Shown: in pieces, positions 10,131-21,030 of the stretch | Numbering within the stretch: the first letter of the stretch is position 1 | How the letters are laid out: each line of letters starts with the position of its first letter | Assembly: GCA_965277715.1 (NCBI GenBank) | Contig: OZ255836.1 | Coordinates: forward strand, 2,304,001-2,368,000 | Length of the DNA stretch: 64,000 nucleotides | Source: Gammaproteobacteria bacterium | GTDB lineage: Bacteria > Pseudomonadota > Gammaproteobacteria > JBCCGL01 | Reading direction: 5' to 3' | The notes under the pieces: model-generated | Databases searched by the model: none | What the model was told of the DNA's origin: nothing | Seen by the model: only the letters and a program-made list of their open reading frames with translations | Position numbers and translations under genes: made by a program

Positions 10131-11441
10131 TTAGAGGGCGGCACGGTAGTTAGGCAACAGCCGCACTACCGGGTGGCTCTGCCACCAGAAATTATTGTAT
10201 TCCAATAAAACCAGATCATAGAGCAGGCGGCGGGTTTGCTCATTGACAGGAGTGAAGTCTTTATTCTCCTGGTCTATGCCGGCAAGCCTGGAGTAATCGT
10301 CAATGGTAATCAGGCGGCTGTATTCCTTGGCAAGCAGTTGTATAGCTTTGTTTGCGATGGCGCAGGTGATGGGAGCGTCGTCGGTCTCCTGGAAGCATAG
10401 GCCAATCAGTCGCAGCAGGTCTCTGGGGTGCCCGCCACAGGCGCCGATCAGTTCATTCAGAGTCGCCTCGCTCTCAAAGGCCTGTATCGGCAGTCGCCGG
10501 GTAATCAGTTCGCGCATTTTTTCCCAGGCGATGGGGATTTTTTTGTCCGACGCTTTTTCCGTGAGTTTTATCATGGGCAGTCTGAATACTGCGTCAAAAT
10601 TCTGCCCGGCCTGCCCTTGTTCTGCCAGTATATGGATAGGTGTGCAGTAGATAAAATTGGCTTTGATTTGCCGCAGTTGGTGAATGTCCTGGATAAAAAA
10701 GGCGGTGGCGTCATCCCCTTGTATCCTGTCGGTGCCGTCGATGATGAAGATCAGGGATTGCGCCAGGTTGTTGGTTTTTATTGCATCCCGGGCAAAATCC
10801 AGGAGCTGGTTGAACGCCTCGGCAAACTCTGAGAAAGCATCTTTGATTTCGCGACGTATTTCCTCTTTATAGCTGGAGTTAGTGCTGATAGCGGTGGTCA
10901 GTGAAGCGAACAGCTTGCCGACCAGAGGTAGCCCGACACTGGCCTCGGCACCCGTTTTCAACTCAGTGGCCAGGCTGCGGGCGCGTTCAATTTTTTCCAC
11001 CCGTGCGTCAAACCAGCGCAGTAACCGGTCGAAGAAGACAAACGGCACGTCGATACCTTCGTCTTGTAAACGCTCGATAAGTGCCTTGGCCTCCAGCAGG
11101 GCTATGTCGCAGTAGCGCAGGTTGTGTACATCCAGCTCTTTGACGGCATCGATGGCAATTACCAGAAAGCCTTCAGGGTTAGCCAGGTCTTTACTGAGTG
11201 CTCTTAATTCGGTGCTTTTGCCACAGCCCCGGTGGCCACCAAACAGTAGGTATTGGTTGTGTAGGTGTGTATTGCGCAACTGCCGGGAGCTGGCGTGCAT
11301 GCCCAACTGACGCAGGATGGGTGCGCGGCTGAATTGACCGCGCGCGGCGCTCAGGTCGACCAGTAGCGGGTCACCAGGGTCTAGCGGCAGATCGTAGTTA
11401 AAGTTTTGCCGGTAGTCCCAAAGGTTTGGGGTGTCGCTCAT
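10131..11441 (-). CDS. P-loop ATPase (AAA/STAND-like), coupled to the TPR gene
   Basis: Walker A GHRGCGKST, Walker B IFIIDGTDR, GGHPRDLLRL, WWQSHP; 5-bp gap to next gene. Confidence 0.85.
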   Translation of the reverse strand: MSDTPNLWDYRQNFNYDLPLDPGDPLLVDLSAARGQFSRAPILRQLGMHASSRQLRNTHLHNQYLLFGGHRGCGKSTELRALSKDLANPEGFLVIAIDAVKELDVHNLRYCDIALLEAKALIERLQDEGIDVPFVFFDRLLRWFDARVEKIERARSLATELKTGAEASVGLPLVGKLFASLTTAISTNSSYKEEIRREIKDAFSEFAEAFNQLLDFARDAIKTNNLAQSLIFIIDGTDRIQGDDATAFFIQDIHQLRQIKANFIYCTPIHILAEQGQAGQNFDAVFRLPMIKLTEKASDKKIPIAWEKMRELITRRLPIQAFESEATLNELIGACGGHPRDLLRLIGLCFQETDDAPITCAIANKAIQLLAKEYSRLITIDDYSRLAGIDQENKDFTPVNEQTRRLLYDLVLLEYNNFWWQSHPVVRLLPNYRAAL

Positions 11442-11586
11442 GTGTTGGTGTTGTCTGGGATCAGGAAGTGGCAATTCTAGTGTCTGGTGCAGCTAGATGC
11501 CAGTGGTACGCGTTCAGGTGCGCAAGTGCACCTGGGCTAAGGTTTTAACCCAGTGTGCTTCGATCCAGAGCATCGCCACTGATAAC

Positions 11587-12027
11587 TTAATCCTCTTCCT
11601 TTAGCCGCATCGCCAACACATCACACTTGGCGTGATGCAATAGGGAGTTTGCGGTGGAACCTAACAGGAGTCTTATACCGTGGCGACCATGGCTACCGAC
11701 GATGATCAGGTCGCTTGCCGTGTTTTTGGCGAGTGACAAGATTTCATCCGATGCATAGCCACAAAGAACCTGGCCATTTTCTATGGCAATCCGGTGTTGC
11801 TTTAGCGTTTTCTCTAATGCCACTTGCGCTTTGGATTTTATGTCATCCGTGGTATCCAGCATCGGTATACCCGCGTAGATGCCGTCATAGCAGGGCACGA
11901 TGCCCATTTCCACTACGGTGACCACTGTCAATTCAGCACGGTATTGCGCGGCTACTTTTTTTGCCCGCGCCAGTATGTAATCTGACTCCGGTATCAGGTC
12001 AATGCCAACAAGAATTTTCTGGTACAT
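11587..12027 (-). CDS. Universal stress protein
   Basis: YQKILVGID, DLIIVGSHGRHGIRLLLGSTA. Confidence 0.93.
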   Translation of the reverse strand: MYQKILVGIDLIPESDYILARAKKVAAQYRAELTVVTVVEMGIVPCYDGIYAGIPMLDTTDDIKSKAQVALEKTLKQHRIAIENGQVLCGYASDEILSLAKNTASDLIIVGSHGRHGIRLLLGSTANSLLHHAKCDVLAMRLKEED

Positions 12028-12159
12028 TTTGATTGCCTCCGATAAGCGAATTTCAATGGGGTCTAGCACACCGCCTACCTTAGCAAAGAGGGCGTGCAGG
12101 GAAATTGCGCTAGATCAACTCAGAGACTCAATCCTGTTCTTTTTTACATAGTTGTCACG

Positions 12160-13413
12160 CTAAGGCTGCCCAAAATAATACTTCCACCATCGAATGGTCA
12201 ATGGCACCGAAATATTGAGTAAAAACGCGGCCAACATTAGTGTGTAAAAGGTATTCGCTGTCATTATGGCGTGTTGTACGTAGGCAATATCCATAACGAC
12301 AAAGGCCAGCTCCGCACGACCTAACATGCCAAAACCGATTAACCAGCTATCTGGCCACGAGAAGTGGCCGGTATAACGCGCCGCCAATCCAGCAGATAGT
12401 ACCTGACCGATAAACAAACCAACGAATAACAATAAACTGTAAGGTAAAACTGTCAGTAATATATCGCCATCAAAAATCAACCGGGTGCCCAAGGTGACAA
12501 AGAACACCGGGCCGATCCAGGAAAACGCGATGTTGTCGATAATCTGCTTGGCCTGGCCATGCCTATCCTGGTCATGCGTATCCCCACTCTGCGGGAGGTG
12601 CAAGTCAAAATATTCGCGCTTGATGACCAAACCGGCCATATAAGCTCCAATAGCGGGATGAAAGCCAAAATGGTGCGCGATAATAGCCACGGAAACCGCG
12701 ATGAGCAGCATCGTCAGAATGGCATTTTCACCGCGTACCATTGACAACACGCGATTGAGGTTAAAACTTCCGATAAAGGGGATTTTGCCAACCCAGCCTT
12801 TACTGACGGGAAATAACCAACCCCCCAGTAATATGATGATGAGGAAAAATAAAACCGCTTTGCCCGCGACAAAACCCAGTCCGACGATAGAGAAAGCGGC
12901 CTCTCCGGTCGCTATCGGCACCATAACGGCAACCAGCGCCAGCGAGGCAATGTCGTCGAGAACAGCGGATGTCATAATCCCAGTGGCGGCGGGTGTATTG
13001 TGCAAACCCTCGGTTTTCAACGACGCCATGGTCAACGATACTGCGGTGGCGGTCATGGCCAAACCGGCCAGTAAAGCCATTGGGAAATCGCCCCAAAAAT
13101 ACCATACCGTCAGGTAGGCAATGGTAAATGGCGCAAGCGCACCGAAAAAAGCGATGCCCCAACTGCGCTTAATACTGCTGAGAAAATTGCCTGTGTTTTC
13201 CTCAAAGCCGAGCGCGAACATGATTAAAATAATGCCCAGCTCAGCAAAATCAGCAATAAACACAGGCATTTCAGCGGGCAAAACACCCATGTTGACCATC
13301 GCCGCCCCGAAAAACAGATACCACAGTACGGGGGTTAATCGGGTGCGATGTGCAGCGTATGAGGCGGCAAATACGCCCAGCCAAATAATCACTAATAAGG
13401 TTAAATCGTGCAT
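12160..13413 (-). CDS. Cation:proton antiporter (CPA2 family)
   Basis: Many TM segments, ATAVS, AVLDD, GMLGRAELA. Confidence 0.9.
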   Translation of the reverse strand: MHDLTLLVIIWLGVFAASYAAHRTRLTPVLWYLFFGAAMVNMGVLPAEMPVFIADFAELGIILIMFALGFEENTGNFLSSIKRSWGIAFFGALAPFTIAYLTVWYFWGDFPMALLAGLAMTATAVSLTMASLKTEGLHNTPAATGIMTSAVLDDIASLALVAVMVPIATGEAAFSIVGLGFVAGKAVLFFLIIILLGGWLFPVSKGWVGKIPFIGSFNLNRVLSMVRGENAILTMLLIAVSVAIIAHHFGFHPAIGAYMAGLVIKREYFDLHLPQSGDTHDQDRHGQAKQIIDNIAFSWIGPVFFVTLGTRLIFDGDILLTVLPYSLLLFVGLFIGQVLSAGLAARYTGHFSWPDSWLIGFGMLGRAELAFVVMDIAYVQHAIMTANTFYTLMLAAFLLNISVPLTIRWWKYYFGQP

Positions 13414-13440
13414 AGTTTGCCTCTAATGCGGCGCACGCGT

Positions 13441-15333
13441 TCAGGCGCGCAAGCGCACGTCACCCCGCTGTTTTTTCAGGTGCACCAGCAGCAGCGAAAC
13501 AGCGGCGGGCGTGATCCCCGCGATGCGTGACGCCTGGCCAATGGTCTCGGGCCGGTGCTGGGTCAGTTTTTGGCGTACCTCGTTAGATAGACCTCTTACC
13601 TGTGCGTAGTCGATGCCCTCTGGCAGGGCAGTTTCCCCGTGGCGCCGCTGGCGCGCTATTTCATCCTGCTGGCGCACTACATAGCCCGCGTACTTCGCCT
13701 GGGTCTCGACTTGCTCTAACACTTCATCAGGGTAGGCGTCGGTGGGTTTTTGCAAAGCGCCCATCAGTGCGTGGATGCTCACGCTGGGGCGTTTCAATAT
13801 ATCGCTGGCGTGTTGTTCTTTGCTGAGGCTATCACCACAGGTTTGTTCGATAGCGGTGGCAACCGCATCACCGGGCTTGATGTGGACGCTGCGCAGTTGT
13901 TGTTGCAGGTGTTCGATGGATTCGCATTTGCGCTGGAATGCCTGCCAGCGCACCTCATCAACTAAGCCCAGGTCACGGCCAATTTCGGTGAGGCGCAAAT
14001 CGGCGTTGTCTTCGCGCAGTTGCAGGCGGTATTCGGCGCGGCTGGTGAACATGCGGTAGGGTTCATTGGTGCCACGGGTGATCAAATCATCGATGAGCAC
14101 GCCGATATACGCCTGGTCGCGACGCGGTGACCAGCCCGCTTTACCCTGCACGGCGCGCGCGGCATTTAAGCCTGCGATGAGTCCTTGCGCGGCGGCTTCT
14201 TCGTAGCCGGTGGTGCCGTTGATCTGCCCGGCAAAGTACAGACCGGAGATGGGTTTGGTTTCCAGTGTGCTGCGCAAATCCCGTGGGTCGAAAAAGTCGT
14301 ATTCGATGGCGTAGCCGGGGCGGGTGATATGCGCGTTTTCAAACCCGACGATGGAGCGCACGTAGTCGTATTGCACGTCAAACGGTAGGCTGGTGGAGAT
14401 ACCATTGGGGTAGATTTCGTGGGTGTGCAGGCCTTCTGGTTCAATAAAAATCTGGTGCGAGGTTTTATCGGCAAAGCGCACTACTTTGTCTTCAATCGAG
14501 GGGCAGTAACGCGGCCCGGTGCCTTCGATATGGCCTGCGTACATCGCCGAGCGCGCCAGGTTTTCGCGGATGATGTCGTGGGTGCGTGGGTTGGTCTGGG
14601 TGATGTGGCAGACGGTTTGCGCCGGGTGGTCTGCGCGTGAGCCGAGGAATGAGAACACCGGACGGGGTTCGTCGCCCGTTTGTACCTGCAGGCCGCTGTA
14701 GTCGATGCTGCGCCCATCGATACGCGGTGGCGTACCGGTTTTTAAGCGTTCGACGCTAAATGGCAGGGCGCGCAAGCGCTCTGCCAGAGCGATTGCAGGG
14801 GGATCACCGGCGCGGCCACCGGCGGTGTTGACGTCGCCGATGTGGATTTTTCCGGCCAGGAAGGTGCCGACGGTGAGTACGACGGCGGGGGCGTTAAACC
14901 GCAGACCGGTGGCGGTGAGCACACCGCAGATACGCGTGTTGTCGATAATCAGATCGTCGACGCCCTGTTGAAATAGGGTTAGGTTTACTTGGTTTTCCAG
15001 GGTGTGACGAATGGCCTGGCGGTAGAGTTGGCGGTCGGCCTGGGCGCGGGTGGCACGCACGGCGGGGCCTTTGCTGGCGTTGAGTCGGCGGATGTGGATA
15101 CCGGCAGTATCCGCCGCTTTGGCCATGGCGCCGCCGAGGGCGTCGATTTCTTTGACCAGGTGGCTTTTGCCGATGCCGCCTATGGCCGGGTTGCAGCTCA
15201 TTTGCCCGAGGGTTTCGATGTTGTGGGTGAGCAGTAGGGTACGGGCGCCGGTGCGGGCGCTGGCCAGGGCGGCTTCGGTGCCTGCGTGGCCGCCGCCTAT
15301 GACGATGACATCAAACTGTTGTGTGAAGGTCAT
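13441..15333 (-). CDS. mnmG: tRNA uridine-5-carboxymethylaminomethyl modification enzyme
   Basis: [45 protein letters not shown]. Confidence 0.98.
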   Translation of the reverse strand: MTFTQQFDVIVIGGGHAGTEAALASARTGARTLLLTHNIETLGQMSCNPAIGGIGKSHLVKEIDALGGAMAKAADTAGIHIRRLNASKGPAVRATRAQADRQLYRQAIRHTLENQVNLTLFQQGVDDLIIDNTRICGVLTATGLRFNAPAVVLTVGTFLAGKIHIGDVNTAGGRAGDPPAIALAERLRALPFSVERLKTGTPPRIDGRSIDYSGLQVQTGDEPRPVFSFLGSRADHPAQTVCHITQTNPRTHDIIRENLARSAMYAGHIEGTGPRYCPSIEDKVVRFADKTSHQIFIEPEGLHTHEIYPNGISTSLPFDVQYDYVRSIVGFENAHITRPGYAIEYDFFDPRDLRSTLETKPISGLYFAGQINGTTGYEEAAAQGLIAGLNAARAVQGKAGWSPRRDQAYIGVLIDDLITRGTNEPYRMFTSRAEYRLQLREDNADLRLTEIGRDLGLVDEVRWQAFQRKCESIEHLQQQLRSVHIKPGDAVATAIEQTCGDSLSKEQHASDILKRPSVSIHALMGALQKPTDAYPDEVLEQVETQAKYAGYVVRQQDEIARQRRHGETALPEGIDYAQVRGLSNEVRQKLTQHRPETIGQASRIAGITPAAVSLLLVHLKKQRGDVRLRA

Positions 15334-15875
15334 TGGTGATGCCAAGGGTGCGAAATAGGGGATTTTAACGGGTTCTGGTGGGTATACCAAGGTGCAAATT
15401 ACCCGAGGGGGAAAGGGATGACTTATCCTGTTTGTATTTGTATACAGGTGGTGTAGGGGCGGTGGGGTTTCAGTGTATTTCTTTATCCTTTCACAGGCGA
15501 AGCTACCGCTCCTGCTCAAGCCTCCTTACCTACATCCTTATTTCAGCTTCACCTGAAGTGGCCACGCGATAATTCGTCTGTGTGTGGATTTATAGGCCAG
15601 CTCCAATTTCCCTAATGACAGCCTGGGTACGGTGGGTAGTTGGACAGGTATATGTCGGGCGCTTGCTTGTAATATATTAAATATGACTGTTCCCCTTTTT
15701 TCCTTTTTCGTTATGTTTTTTTACTCAGCAATTTCTCGGTGAAATGAAAATTTTTCCTTTTCAAACAATATTCTTGACACAATCAAATCCAAAGCAACTT
15801 TGACTCGTTTTAGCAACTTTTTAAGACACACTCCAAGGCAAGAGGGGCAGTATCTAAAAGCACAGCAAACCTTTA

Positions 15876-16054
15876 AACCTAAATTCCGCAGTTGAATCGT
15901 AGCGAGGGCATCTAAGGTGCTGAAGATGAAGTGTTTTTACCAGAATTTTAGCAATCCTGTAGTCATTCTACAGGTGAAGCTGAAATTCTGGTAAAAGCGC
16001 TTTAGATTCAGTGCATTAGGTGGCCGCAGTAGATTCAACTGAGGAATTTAGGTT
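15876..16054. mobile_element. ~180-bp palindromic MITE-like element
   Basis: Terminal IR AACCTAAATTCC(G/T)CAGTTGAATC; internal arms TTTTACCAGAATTT/AAATTCTGGTAAAA; central CCTGTAG-tcatt-CTACAGG. Confidence 0.8.
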
Positions 16055-16081
16055 AAAACAGGTATCTTTCATCGTTTAATG

Positions 16082-17863
16082 CTAGCCTAGGCGGCACTCG
16101 ACCAGCGGTTTAGGCATACCGCAGGCGTAGCCTTGAGCGTGGTTAATTTTCAAGTCATTTAGAATTTGCAAACTTTCCCTATGCTCGACGCCTTCTGCCA
16201 CGGTCTGCATACCGAGTGCTTGAGAGACGTCCGATACGGACTGCACGATCATTCGGTTGACCGCATCGGTATGAATATGGGTAATAAAGCTGCCATCGAT
16301 TTTAATATAGTCGACTGGCAGGTGGCGCAGATATGACAAAGAGGACATCCCACAACCGAAGTCATCAAGGGCGAAGTGGTAGTCTTTTTTACGCAATCGT
16401 TGCAATACGCCAATGGTGTAATCCAGGTCGCCCATTGCAGCGGTCTCGGTAATCTCAAAACACAGTTGTGCCGGACGAATGCGCGCCTTGGCCACCATCT
16501 GCATAATATGCGCGCTAACCCGAGGGTCGCCGAGCGAAAGACCGGAGAGATTAACAGTAAACCGCGCATTACCATCTCGGAACCAGTGGGCATAGCGGGT
16601 CAATAAGGTTTTCACCACCCACAGATCAATATCGATAATGCTACCGTAGCGTTCAGCAGCCGGAATAAAAGACTCCGGCAACACCAGACGGTTATCTTCG
16701 CGCAGGCGCAGGAGAATTTCGTGAACCGGGGGACTATCAGGCGTGGACAGGGATACGATGGGTTGAGCGTACAGCTCAAAACGGTCCTTCGCAACGGCGT
16801 CTTTGAGCGAGCCTGCCGTAATAATGTCTGTGTGATAGCGGTTGACCCGTTGGTCGTCGGGTTGGTACGTACAGATTTGGTTACGGCCTTTATCCTTGGC
16901 CATCAGACAGGCGACATCGGCACAGCTTAAGGCGTCACCGGGGTCGTCCGCATGGTTGGAAAATGGTGCCAATCCGATGCTGACGCTGACATTAAAACAT
17001 CGGCCCGACCAGCTAAAGCGCATGGCGCGAATGGCACTGAGTAGGCGTTCGGCAAGTTCCTTAGCCTGAGACAAGGTTTTGTCGGTCAAGATCAAAATAA
17101 ACTCATCGCCTCCGACCCGTGCCAGAATATCTTCGTCGCGTATGGAGCGTTGAAACAACCCTGCCAGTTGTTGCAACAGTGCATCCCCGGCCTCATGGCC
17201 GACCGAATCGTTAACTAACTTAAATTGATCGACATCAAGGTAGCATAAGACATGATAGCGGCTGCCGTGGTCGGTTTCGGACACTAAGCCCTGTAAATGC
17301 TTTTCAAAAGCGGCCCGGTTTAGCAGCCCGGTCAACTTATCGTGATTGGCTTGATAGGCCAGTTGTTCATTTTTTTCCTGAAGTTCCTGAGTTTTATCCT
17401 GTAGCTTATCGTGGGCTTGCTGCAAGCGTTTCTCAAAATTTTTCTGATCCGTAATATCGCTGGTAATAGCACCGATATAAGCGATTTCACCGGAATCGTC
17501 GAGAATGGGGAATTTATAGCAGTAGTGAATACGGTGGGCGCCGTCGGGCGTGACCAATTCGTATTCCCGCCCAATAGCTTCTTTGCAAGCAATCACCTCG
17601 TGGTCATGGGCTTCAAAGAATGCAGCCTCTTCCGGCCGAAATATCTCCTGAGCGGTCGGGCCGCCGTCTCCCCAGCCTTGCTCACCATAGAGTTGCCGGG
17701 TGCGGCGACTGGTCATAATATGATGGCCATTCAAGTCTTTAAGATAAATCTCGACCGGCGCATGATCGAGAATTTCCTGCAATTGCCGGGTGCGGTCATA
17801 CAGTGCAGCTTCGACCGCGCTCAAGTCACGGGAGGGTTTGTTATCCACCGGAGTCAACGGCAA
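16082..17863 (-). CDS. PAS-GGDEF-EAL c-di-GMP enzyme
   Basis: PAS_4-like N-terminus, ARVGGDEF, HEILLR, FEITE, DDFGCG, AEGVE. Confidence 0.93.
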   Translation of the reverse strand: MPLTPVDNKPSRDLSAVEAALYDRTRQLQEILDHAPVEIYLKDLNGHHIMTSRRTRQLYGEQGWGDGGPTAQEIFRPEEAAFFEAHDHEVIACKEAIGREYELVTPDGAHRIHYCYKFPILDDSGEIAYIGAITSDITDQKNFEKRLQQAHDKLQDKTQELQEKNEQLAYQANHDKLTGLLNRAAFEKHLQGLVSETDHGSRYHVLCYLDVDQFKLVNDSVGHEAGDALLQQLAGLFQRSIRDEDILARVGGDEFILILTDKTLSQAKELAERLLSAIRAMRFSWSGRCFNVSVSIGLAPFSNHADDPGDALSCADVACLMAKDKGRNQICTYQPDDQRVNRYHTDIITAGSLKDAVAKDRFELYAQPIVSLSTPDSPPVHEILLRLREDNRLVLPESFIPAAERYGSIIDIDLWVVKTLLTRYAHWFRDGNARFTVNLSGLSLGDPRVSAHIMQMVAKARIRPAQLCFEITETAAMGDLDYTIGVLQRLRKKDYHFALDDFGCGMSSLSYLRHLPVDYIKIDGSFITHIHTDAVNRMIVQSVSDVSQALGMQTVAEGVEHRESLQILNDLKINHAQGYACGMPKPLVECRLG

Positions 17864-18375
17864 TACGCCGAATATCCCGCGCAGTGGTTGCTGGAAAAAG
17901 TAATATTCATTATCTGCTCTGGTGGCTGGGGTTTTATCGTTATTGTGAGCGGTCTATAAGCCGCCTGACTTCTGAGTATAGGAGAGCAGGAGGTTTTTGC
18001 CGGACAGATGCTATTATCCGGCCCCGGTGAATATTACCAGCTAGTAAGAAAATCGCCGATACGCTATCGTAAAACAGGTTAAAGACCTGGTAGCTTACAT
18101 CCGCTTCTGCACATGACATAAGCGCAAGCCCTGCCAGCAAAGCCAAGCCCATCATGCTACCGGGCAACACCCACGGCGGTATCGCTACCGGCAGCCACAG
18201 CGTCATCAACAACAGCAATACGCCGTAACCCGGCCCAACCACTAAACCGATGAATTACAGCGCCAACCGCACCAGAATTTGCTGTACGGTAGCGAAGAGT
18301 GCGGTGATACGCCCCTCCACCCAATTAAGCCATTGCACAGCTTTTTCGCGCTCAACTACGTTTTCTAGGTTAAAT

Positions 18376-19122
18376 TTAAATAGCCAGGTATTGCTGGCGC
18401 ATTTCTTCATTTTCCAGGACTTCTTTGGCTTCGCCGTCAAAGACGATTTCTCCCATGTCCAGTATGATCGACCGGTCTGAGAGTTTGAGCGCCGCGACGG
18501 CGTTCTGCTCGACGATGATGGTGGTGATGCCCAGCTCGCGCACGCCGCGCAGGATGCGTTCAATTTCCTGGACGATGACGGGGGCCAGCCCTTCGTAGGG
18601 TTCGTCCAGTAGGAGCAGTTTGACGTCACGCGCCAGTGCTCTGGCAACTGCCAACATTTGCTGTTCACCACCGGATAAGGTCACTGCGTCTTGTTTGCAG
18701 CGCTCGGCAAGGCGGGGGAAGTGTTCGTAGATGCGTTCTTTGCTCCAACCCATCGGGGGGGCTATCTGTGCCAGTTCCAGATTTTCCTCCACGCTTAGCC
18801 CGGCGATGATGCGGCGGTCTTCCGGCACCAGGGCGACGCCGTTTTGTGCGGCCTGCCAGGATTGCATTTCATGTACAGGCTTGTGGTCGAGCCAGATTTC
18901 ACCGTGGGTGAGTTGCGGGTCTGCCATGCGGGCGATAGCGCGTAGGGTGGAGGTTTTGCCCGCACCGTTTCTGCCCAGTAAGGCGAGGATTTCACCTTCG
19001 CGTATGTCAAAGCTAATGCCCTGGACGATGTAGCTTTCGCCGTAGTAGGCGTGCAGGTCCCAGCAGGAGAAATAAGCCGGGGCAGTATTTGTTGGGTGGG
19101 TGGATGGGGTTTCTTGGGTCAT
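18376..19122 (-). CDS. Liv-type ABC transporter ATPase (LivF-like)
   Basis: GRNGAGKT, LSGGEQQMLA, LLLDEP. Confidence 0.93.
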   Translation of the reverse strand: MTQETPSTHPTNTAPAYFSCWDLHAYYGESYIVQGISFDIREGEILALLGRNGAGKTSTLRAIARMADPQLTHGEIWLDHKPVHEMQSWQAAQNGVALVPEDRRIIAGLSVEENLELAQIAPPMGWSKERIYEHFPRLAERCKQDAVTLSGGEQQMLAVARALARDVKLLLLDEPYEGLAPVIVQEIERILRGVRELGITTIIVEQNAVAALKLSDRSIILDMGEIVFDGEAKEVLENEEMRQQYLAI

Positions 19123-19880
19123 ACCTGAACGCCTCCGAGATAGGCTTCCTGGACTTTTGGGTTACCCCGGATTTCATCCGGGGTGCCCTGGGCGATGATG
19201 GTGCCCTGCGCCAGTACGGTAATGGTGTCTGCCAGGCTGAAGACGACGTGCATATCGTGCTCGATGATGACTTTGGTCATGCCCTGTTCTTTGATTTGCT
19301 GGAGCAGTTCGATGGTGCGGTTGGTGTCGTGCCGCGCCATACCGGCGGTGGGTTCGTCGAGCAGTAGCAGGCGGGGGTGTTGGATTAGTCCCATCGCCAG
19401 TTCTAACCGGCGTTTGTTACCGCGTGACAGGCTGCCCGCCGTGCTATCCCGCGAGGTGTACAGATCGACATCGCGCAGCACCTGCTCAGCCTGTTCGAGT
19501 ATGTCGGTGTCATTGGCCAGGGATTTAAACGGGTTGAAGGAGAAGGCCCCGTCACGTTTGGCCAGCGCGGGCATCATGACGTTTTGCATCAGGGTTAAGT
19601 CGGGGAAGATTTCCGGGGTCTGGAATACCCGCACAACCCCTACCTGGTTAATCGCATGAGGTTCCATGCCCGTCAGGTTGTGCCCATCGAATGTCACCGA
19701 GCCTCGCGTGGGGTGTAAACGGCCAATACAGACGTTGAGCAAAGTGGATTTCCCCGCACCGTTTGGCCCGATTATGGCGTGGGTTTTACCCTCTTCGATA
19801 TCGAGGTTGACGTCGCTCAGGGCGTGCAGGCCGCCAAAGGTGACATCGACATGCTGAATTTTCATTACCGTATTAGGCAT
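19119..19880 (-). CDS. Liv-type ABC transporter ATPase (LivG-like)
   Basis: GPNGAGKST, LLLDEPTAGM, EHDM, VQEAYLG. Confidence 0.93.
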   Translation of the reverse strand: MPNTVMKIQHVDVTFGGLHALSDVNLDIEEGKTHAIIGPNGAGKSTLLNVCIGRLHPTRGSVTFDGHNLTGMEPHAINQVGVVRVFQTPEIFPDLTLMQNVMMPALAKRDGAFSFNPFKSLANDTDILEQAEQVLRDVDLYTSRDSTAGSLSRGNKRRLELAMGLIQHPRLLLLDEPTAGMARHDTNRTIELLQQIKEQGMTKVIIEHDMHVVFSLADTITVLAQGTIIAQGTPDEIRGNPKVQEAYLGGVQV

Positions 19881-19881
19881 G

Positions 19882-21027
19882 TTATGACTCCTCTACCGCA
19901 CCGTTATCAGCGGCGGCCTTGCGCTGCCTGCGGTTGCTAATAACGGTACTGATACGCTGGATACCCTCCATCACACCGCCCGGTAGAAAGATGACGATAA
20001 CCATAAACAGCGCGCCCAGCGTCAAATGCCAGCCTTCACCGACAAACGGGTGGGTAATAAACACAAAGACATTGGCCAGCCAATCGGGCAGAAAATCAAA
20101 CGACGCCTGCAAGCTGTCCTCATTAAATGCGGAGAAGATGTTTTCAAAGTATTTGATGATCCCCGCGCCCAGTAGCGGCCCCAATAATGTGCCCACACCA
20201 CCGAGTATGGTCATTAACACCACCTCGCCGGATGCCGTCCACTGCATGCGTTCGGCGCCCGCCAGGGGGTCGGTAACCGCCATTAGAGACCCCGCCAGGC
20301 CCGCGTACATACCGGAGATCACAAAGGCGGCGAGCAGGTAGGGCCGGGTGTTGAAGCCGGTGTATTTCATGCGCATTTGGTTGGATTTTATCGCCTGGAG
20401 TTTGAGACCAAAGGGTGAGCGAAAAATGCGCAGGGAGACAAAAAACCCCACAATCAGCATAAAGGCGCAAAAATAAAAACCGGGGTAACCCTGCATATTG
20501 ATACCCAGGAAGTTGCCCACCGGATTGGCTTGCGGCTCAACACCGATCAGTTTGTCCAGTACGCGGACATCGTCACGCAAAACGCGCAGGCCGGTTTCAC
20601 CGTTGGTGATAGGGGTCAGCACCGAGTAAGCCAGGTTGTAGCTCATCTGCGCAAAGGCCAGGGTTAAGATGGAGAAGTAGATGCCGGTTCTGCGCAAGCT
20701 GATATAACCGATCAAGACGGCGAACAGCCCCGCCAACAGGGTGCCGAAGATGACGGCGGGCACTACGCTCATCGAGAGCAGTTTAAACGACCAGACAGCG
20801 GTGTAAGAGCCAACCCCCAAAAACGCGGCGTGGCCAAATGAGAGGTAGCCCGTCAAGCCAAACAGGATGTTAAAGCCAATGGCAAATAAACCAAAAATGG
20901 CAAATTTCTGCAGCAGATCAGGGTAACCTGCACCAATCGGTTTTAGCCAGAGTGGCATGGTGAGTACGACAACCACGAAGATCAGCATGGTGGTCGTGTC
21001 TTTGCGGGAGAGTGTAAACAATTGCAC
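19882..21027 (-). CDS. Liv-type ABC permease (LivM-like)
   Basis: [31 protein letters not shown]. Confidence 0.92.
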   Translation of the reverse strand: MQLFTLSRKDTTTMLIFVVVVLTMPLWLKPIGAGYPDLLQKFAIFGLFAIGFNILFGLTGYLSFGHAAFLGVGSYTAVWSFKLLSMSVVPAVIFGTLLAGLFAVLIGYISLRRTGIYFSILTLAFAQMSYNLAYSVLTPITNGETGLRVLRDDVRVLDKLIGVEPQANPVGNFLGINMQGYPGFYFCAFMLIVGFFVSLRIFRSPFGLKLQAIKSNQMRMKYTGFNTRPYLLAAFVISGMYAGLAGSLMAVTDPLAGAERMQWTASGEVVLMTILGGVGTLLGPLLGAGIIKYFENIFSAFNEDSLQASFDFLPDWLANVFVFITHPFVGEGWHLTLGALFMVIVIFLPGGVMEGIQRISTVISNRRQRKAAADNGAVEES

Positions 21028-21030
21028 GGG

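Noticed and set aside
15334-15870. oriC upstream of mnmG
   Set aside because: AT-rich, but no good TTATCCACA boxes (the best have 2 or more mismatches) and no GATC cluster
17940-18360. Small membrane-protein gene
   Set aside because: Hydrophobic frame broken by a stop with no recognisable family; possibly a relic but unsupported
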